DNA of 49,824 nt. Source: Klebsormidium nitens (Eukaryota > Plantae > Klebsormidiophyceae). Below the pieces are notes generated by a model that worked only from the letters and a program-made list of their open reading frames with translations, was not told the origin of the DNA and searched no databases. Made by a program: the position numbers and the translations under genes. The stretch's first letter is position 1. Each line of letters starts with the position of its first letter. Positions 46,701 through 49,824 of this stretch are shown piece by piece. The DNA lies in contig DF237575.1 of the NCBI GenBank assembly GCA_000708835.1, positions 1 to 49,824 on the forward strand, in the 5' to 3' direction.

Positions 46701-49524
46701 AAACGAAGCCTTCAAATGAAAGACACAGCATCGAGCGACTGTGAAAGGAAAAGCGTGACTCGAACGTGGTATCCTCAGAGGCTAGCTATCCAGTCCAAGT
46801 TACCACAAGCCCAGCTTTGGACAGATGAAAAACGATTTTTCTTTGTTTCGGCGCCACACATACAGACTGAGCATCGTGCTTTCAAAAATCCCCCAGCCCA
46901 ACAACTTACGGTGTACGCCAGCACCGCTGCAAGCGCTGCCGCCGCATTCTCCGTGTCCCCCAGGCCCCGGTGCTGCTCCGCTGAGCCCTTCACAAGCCTC
47001 GCCATGTCTTGTTCCACGTCCCGCGCCTTGAACTCGGCGCGCTTCCGCTCCGTCGTCAGTACCTCGCAGCGCGCCATTACGTCGCGCAGCTTTCGGCCAT
47101 CCGGGGTCTTGGCTCCGTCCTGCAACAACGGTGTTCCGATTTGGTGCTGTTAGCAAGGAAAGCCCTCGCTCACTACCTCGTTCGAAGCATGTCGAAAATG
47201 CAAAGCACGTTACTTTGAGCCAAAATACTAGGAGCCGGACAGTCCAAACCTCTGTAGCCGTCCTGCATAGTGTACACGTTCTAGAGGATTCGGGTGTACA
47301 GGGGTTTGAAACCGGATTGCTCTCGAACCCATTTGCTTGCGCAGATGGTACTGCTCGGGTCCTGGCCTTTCAATACAAGAGAGATTTTCTCTCTCCATTT
47401 CCTGTATCTTTCGTCGCACATCACTCTAGAAGCGAAGAGGAACCTTGAACTCACTACGCAGGCTATCAGAGCCCAAAACAAGCAGTCGTTGTTCAGCCTC
47501 CCAAAACGCGAGATCCAGACCTCATCCTCACCTGCGGAAGCACGCACTCTTTGCACCCAAGCGCTACCATGGCCGACTCAAGATTCGTGTACTGGTCATC
47601 GTCCAAAAACTCCGTTGCCCCAATCAACCGCTTCGTCATGTCCACAAACGCCATCCCGACCAGGCGCTCGTTCTCCTTGGCGGACGGGAAGATGGCCATC
47701 ACGACGGGCGACTCTTGCATGTCGTTGGACGCGTTGAAGAGGACATCCTCAAAGCTGGCACAAATAAGCAGAGTGTAATCAGAGACTTGACGCAGCAAAG
47801 TTGGATTGTCCATCTTTGGAGCTTTAATTTTTGCCCTTCCGTCATTGTTGGTTTGTTCCTTCGTGATTTTCGAGGTGAAATGTCTCTCCCATATTCAATC
47901 CGCTTTCAAGATTTTCGAACCAGCCCCCCTGCACCCGTTATCCACACTTTCCAGGATCAGACTCAAGGTTTTAAGGTGGGACATACACTAAAGCCAGTCC
48001 CAGCAATGCTTTCGGGAAGGCAGAGAGATGGCCAGGTTGATAAAGTCACGTTGGAAAAGGACCATTCTTTTGACCATCCTCGCAAATAAGTACCCTTCAT
48101 AAGACCAGTGAATGAGGGGCCCTGTATCTTTCAACAAAGAAGCAGGTTAATCTAACAGAACGCTAGCCACATCTTTTATAAATACTAGAACTTACCTGCC
48201 AAGCTTTCCAGGTGTTGCAGTTTTTGTGAGGCGCCAGTTTGAACCGCTGCCCTCATAAAGCTCGACCGTGTGATCCCCCCTCTCTAGCAGAAGGTCCCTC
48301 AAGACCGTCTCAAAGAGCTTCCGATGCAGAGACAATCCCGCGAGTGTGTTTGGGGGGTTCCCTAATTGCTTTACTGCGGCCATGGTCTTGTGATAGTTCC
48401 GGGCAATGAAAACCGCATCGTCCCCATGGACGGAGTAGAACTCCTGAAACAATAATATTGGAAGAAATCACCGTAAAGCAAGGGCGGTTAGGGAAACCAA
48501 TTGGTGCCCAACTCCTGGGTTAGGCGTCCTAAACAAGATCTAAGTAGTAACCAACAAGATCTAACTAGTGACCTTACACAAGCGATATTAGGAGATGACA
48601 GTCTTTTTAGAAGCAGGGGGGACAACGCTCTTAATGACTTGAGGGTTGAGAATGCCATGACAAGCATCAGGTTCTCAAGGTTGGATATAGGATCACAACA
48701 TCTCCGGCACTCGGTGCATGAGCAATTGCTTTCTGGCAGCAGTTCTGAGGACTCACTTTTCTGTCAAAGAAGCGGATGACCTGAGAATCCTGTAAAAAAG
48801 GTCAAGGCAAAAGTTAGGGCCCTGAGGATAACATTGAAATTGTGGTAGACAAAGTCGCCGCGAACGCCACAGCATTGGAAGCCCGATTGCAAGATCACAA
48901 AGTGTTTGCTGGAGAAGATGATCGTGATATTGACCAACTTGCAAGGTCCACTCCTTGAGTATCAAGTAGTGCCACTGCTTACAAAGGCACACCAATGCAA
49001 ACTTAGCATCTCAGGAAGCTCCCTAAAGGAGGCGGTGAAGCTCTATAGGCCTGTCGCCTACTAGGTTGCAAAAAGTAGTGCTGAGGGACAGAACAACTGA
49101 TGCTATTTTGGAAAGTCTGAATGTGAGTTCAGTATGATCCAGTACCTCAGGAAGTCCCCTGAAGTAGTTGATGAAGCTCTGGGCCTGGCGTGCATCTACA
49201 AGCAATCAAAGCACACTTCAGAAAAGCACTTGCACCTGCCTAATGACTTTGTAAAGATAGAAGATGATGTTGCTGCCACCCTCTTGGATAAGACAGAGGT
49301 TGAAGCCCAGCAAAGAACAATACATGACACATGCAGCATTTGCATGACCATGGACTGTGCTTGCAAAATCTGTTTCGCCAGCCTAGGTGCTAGCCTAAGC
49401 AACTACAAACATGTAAAGATTGTTAATATTTTCATTTTTCCAGCTCACCTCCAAGCTTCAACTCTGGGAGCTTCTGATCCTCCCCACTTTCCCCATAATC
49501 CTCTTCCTCAACGTTGTTTGCCAT
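37759..49524 (-). CDS. MSH2: DNA mismatch repair protein MSH2, 955 aa, 18 exons, complete
   Basis: Phase-consistent exons: 49449-49524, 49146-49195, 48757-48789, 48196-48443, 47532-47754, 46910-47119, 46570-46685, 46012-46129, 45186-45344, 44813-44889, 43606-43870, 42656-42880, 41356-41556, 40361-40543, 39573-39699, 38880-39091, 38282-38425, 37759-37959 (2,868 nt). Plant-type N-terminus [26 protein letters not shown], Walker [54 protein letters not shown] and C-terminal KRKR. Confidence 0.98.
40152..40271. repeat. Perfect 2 x 60 bp tandem duplication in an MSH2 intron
   Basis: ATCGGAAAAGAACGCGAAGTTGCTCGGGTCAATAGAAAAACCCTCAAGGTCAATGCAAGA occurs at 40152-40211 and again at 40212-40271 with no mismatch. 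Confidence 0.95.
41660..41735 (-). repeat. Intronic duplicate of the acceptor and first ~19 codons of MSH2 exon 13
   Basis: CTCTCAG|ATT TTC GAG TCG GTG GCC GTC ATT GTG AGC GGA TTA GAT GTG CTG CTC AGC TTC GCG GAT ([20 protein letters not shown]) versus the real exon TTCCAG|ATC TTT GAG TCC GTA GCC GCA ATT GTG AGC CAG CTG GAC GTG TTG CTC AGC TTC GCG GAC ([20 protein letters not shown]). It starts at 41721, 165 nt upstream of and in frame with 41556. Confidence 0.9.
42280..42715 (-). repeat. ~105-bp tandem copies of the MSH2 exon 12 3' end plus donor site
   Basis: The real exon end (..GTCAACATCGCGGCGTCGTTTGTGGAG|GTAAGA, donor after 42656) is repeated at ~42540-42610 (donor GTAAGT after 42551, 105 nt away, in frame) and at ~42447-42511 (two 1-nt deletions). 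A more decayed copy lies at ~42280-42320. Confidence 0.92.
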
Positions 49525-49824
49525 CCTGACTCAATCAAGTGGCAAACAAGGTAGGTGAGCCCCGTTACTCGTCAAACTTGTCAAATTATACGCTCTTTGA
49601 GCTTTTGAAGGGCACGAAGAACCTAGCTAGCCTTTTAAAAAATCTGCAACCCTTGCGAGGTTGTGCGTGATCAAAGCACAAGATAGAATTTGAAGCTGCC
49701 ACAGAATCCACTAGACTCTACTTAGAGTGCAGTGTTGCTCACACTGACACAATTTCAACCTCAATATTAAAAGCTTCGCTTGAAACTTTTTGGCGGGAAG
49801 ACTTGAAGTGGGCCATCCAACTCC

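Overview
Intron-rich eukaryotic nuclear DNA with GC3-rich exons and GT-AG introns. It is most consistent with a flagellate-lineage streptophyte green alga, Klebsormidium-like (inference from the plant-type MSH2 N-terminus, the PIG-T sequence and a vasohibin). I rebuilt five spliced genes by hand from splice sites and reading phase: a vasohibin-family tubulin detyrosinase (-, 1820-6156), a very large Tweety/prominin-like 5-TM protein (+, 9137-21100, 5' end unresolved), a TIGR00027/LCM-family SAM methyltransferase (+, 25419-29083), GPI transamidase subunit PIG-T (-, 30676-35057) and a complete MSH2 (-, 37759-49524). Also present are a frameshifted TM/coiled-coil mini-gene, a clean hAT-type MITE and a probable Mutator-type MITE. 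Two window-wide signals are not explained by these genes. First, the palindrome TGACGTCA (often GCTGACGTCAGC) is heavily over-represented in exons and introns. Second, many introns carry decayed copies of the ends of their neighbouring exons, including the splice sites. All exon models are manual predictions; no database search or expression data was available.
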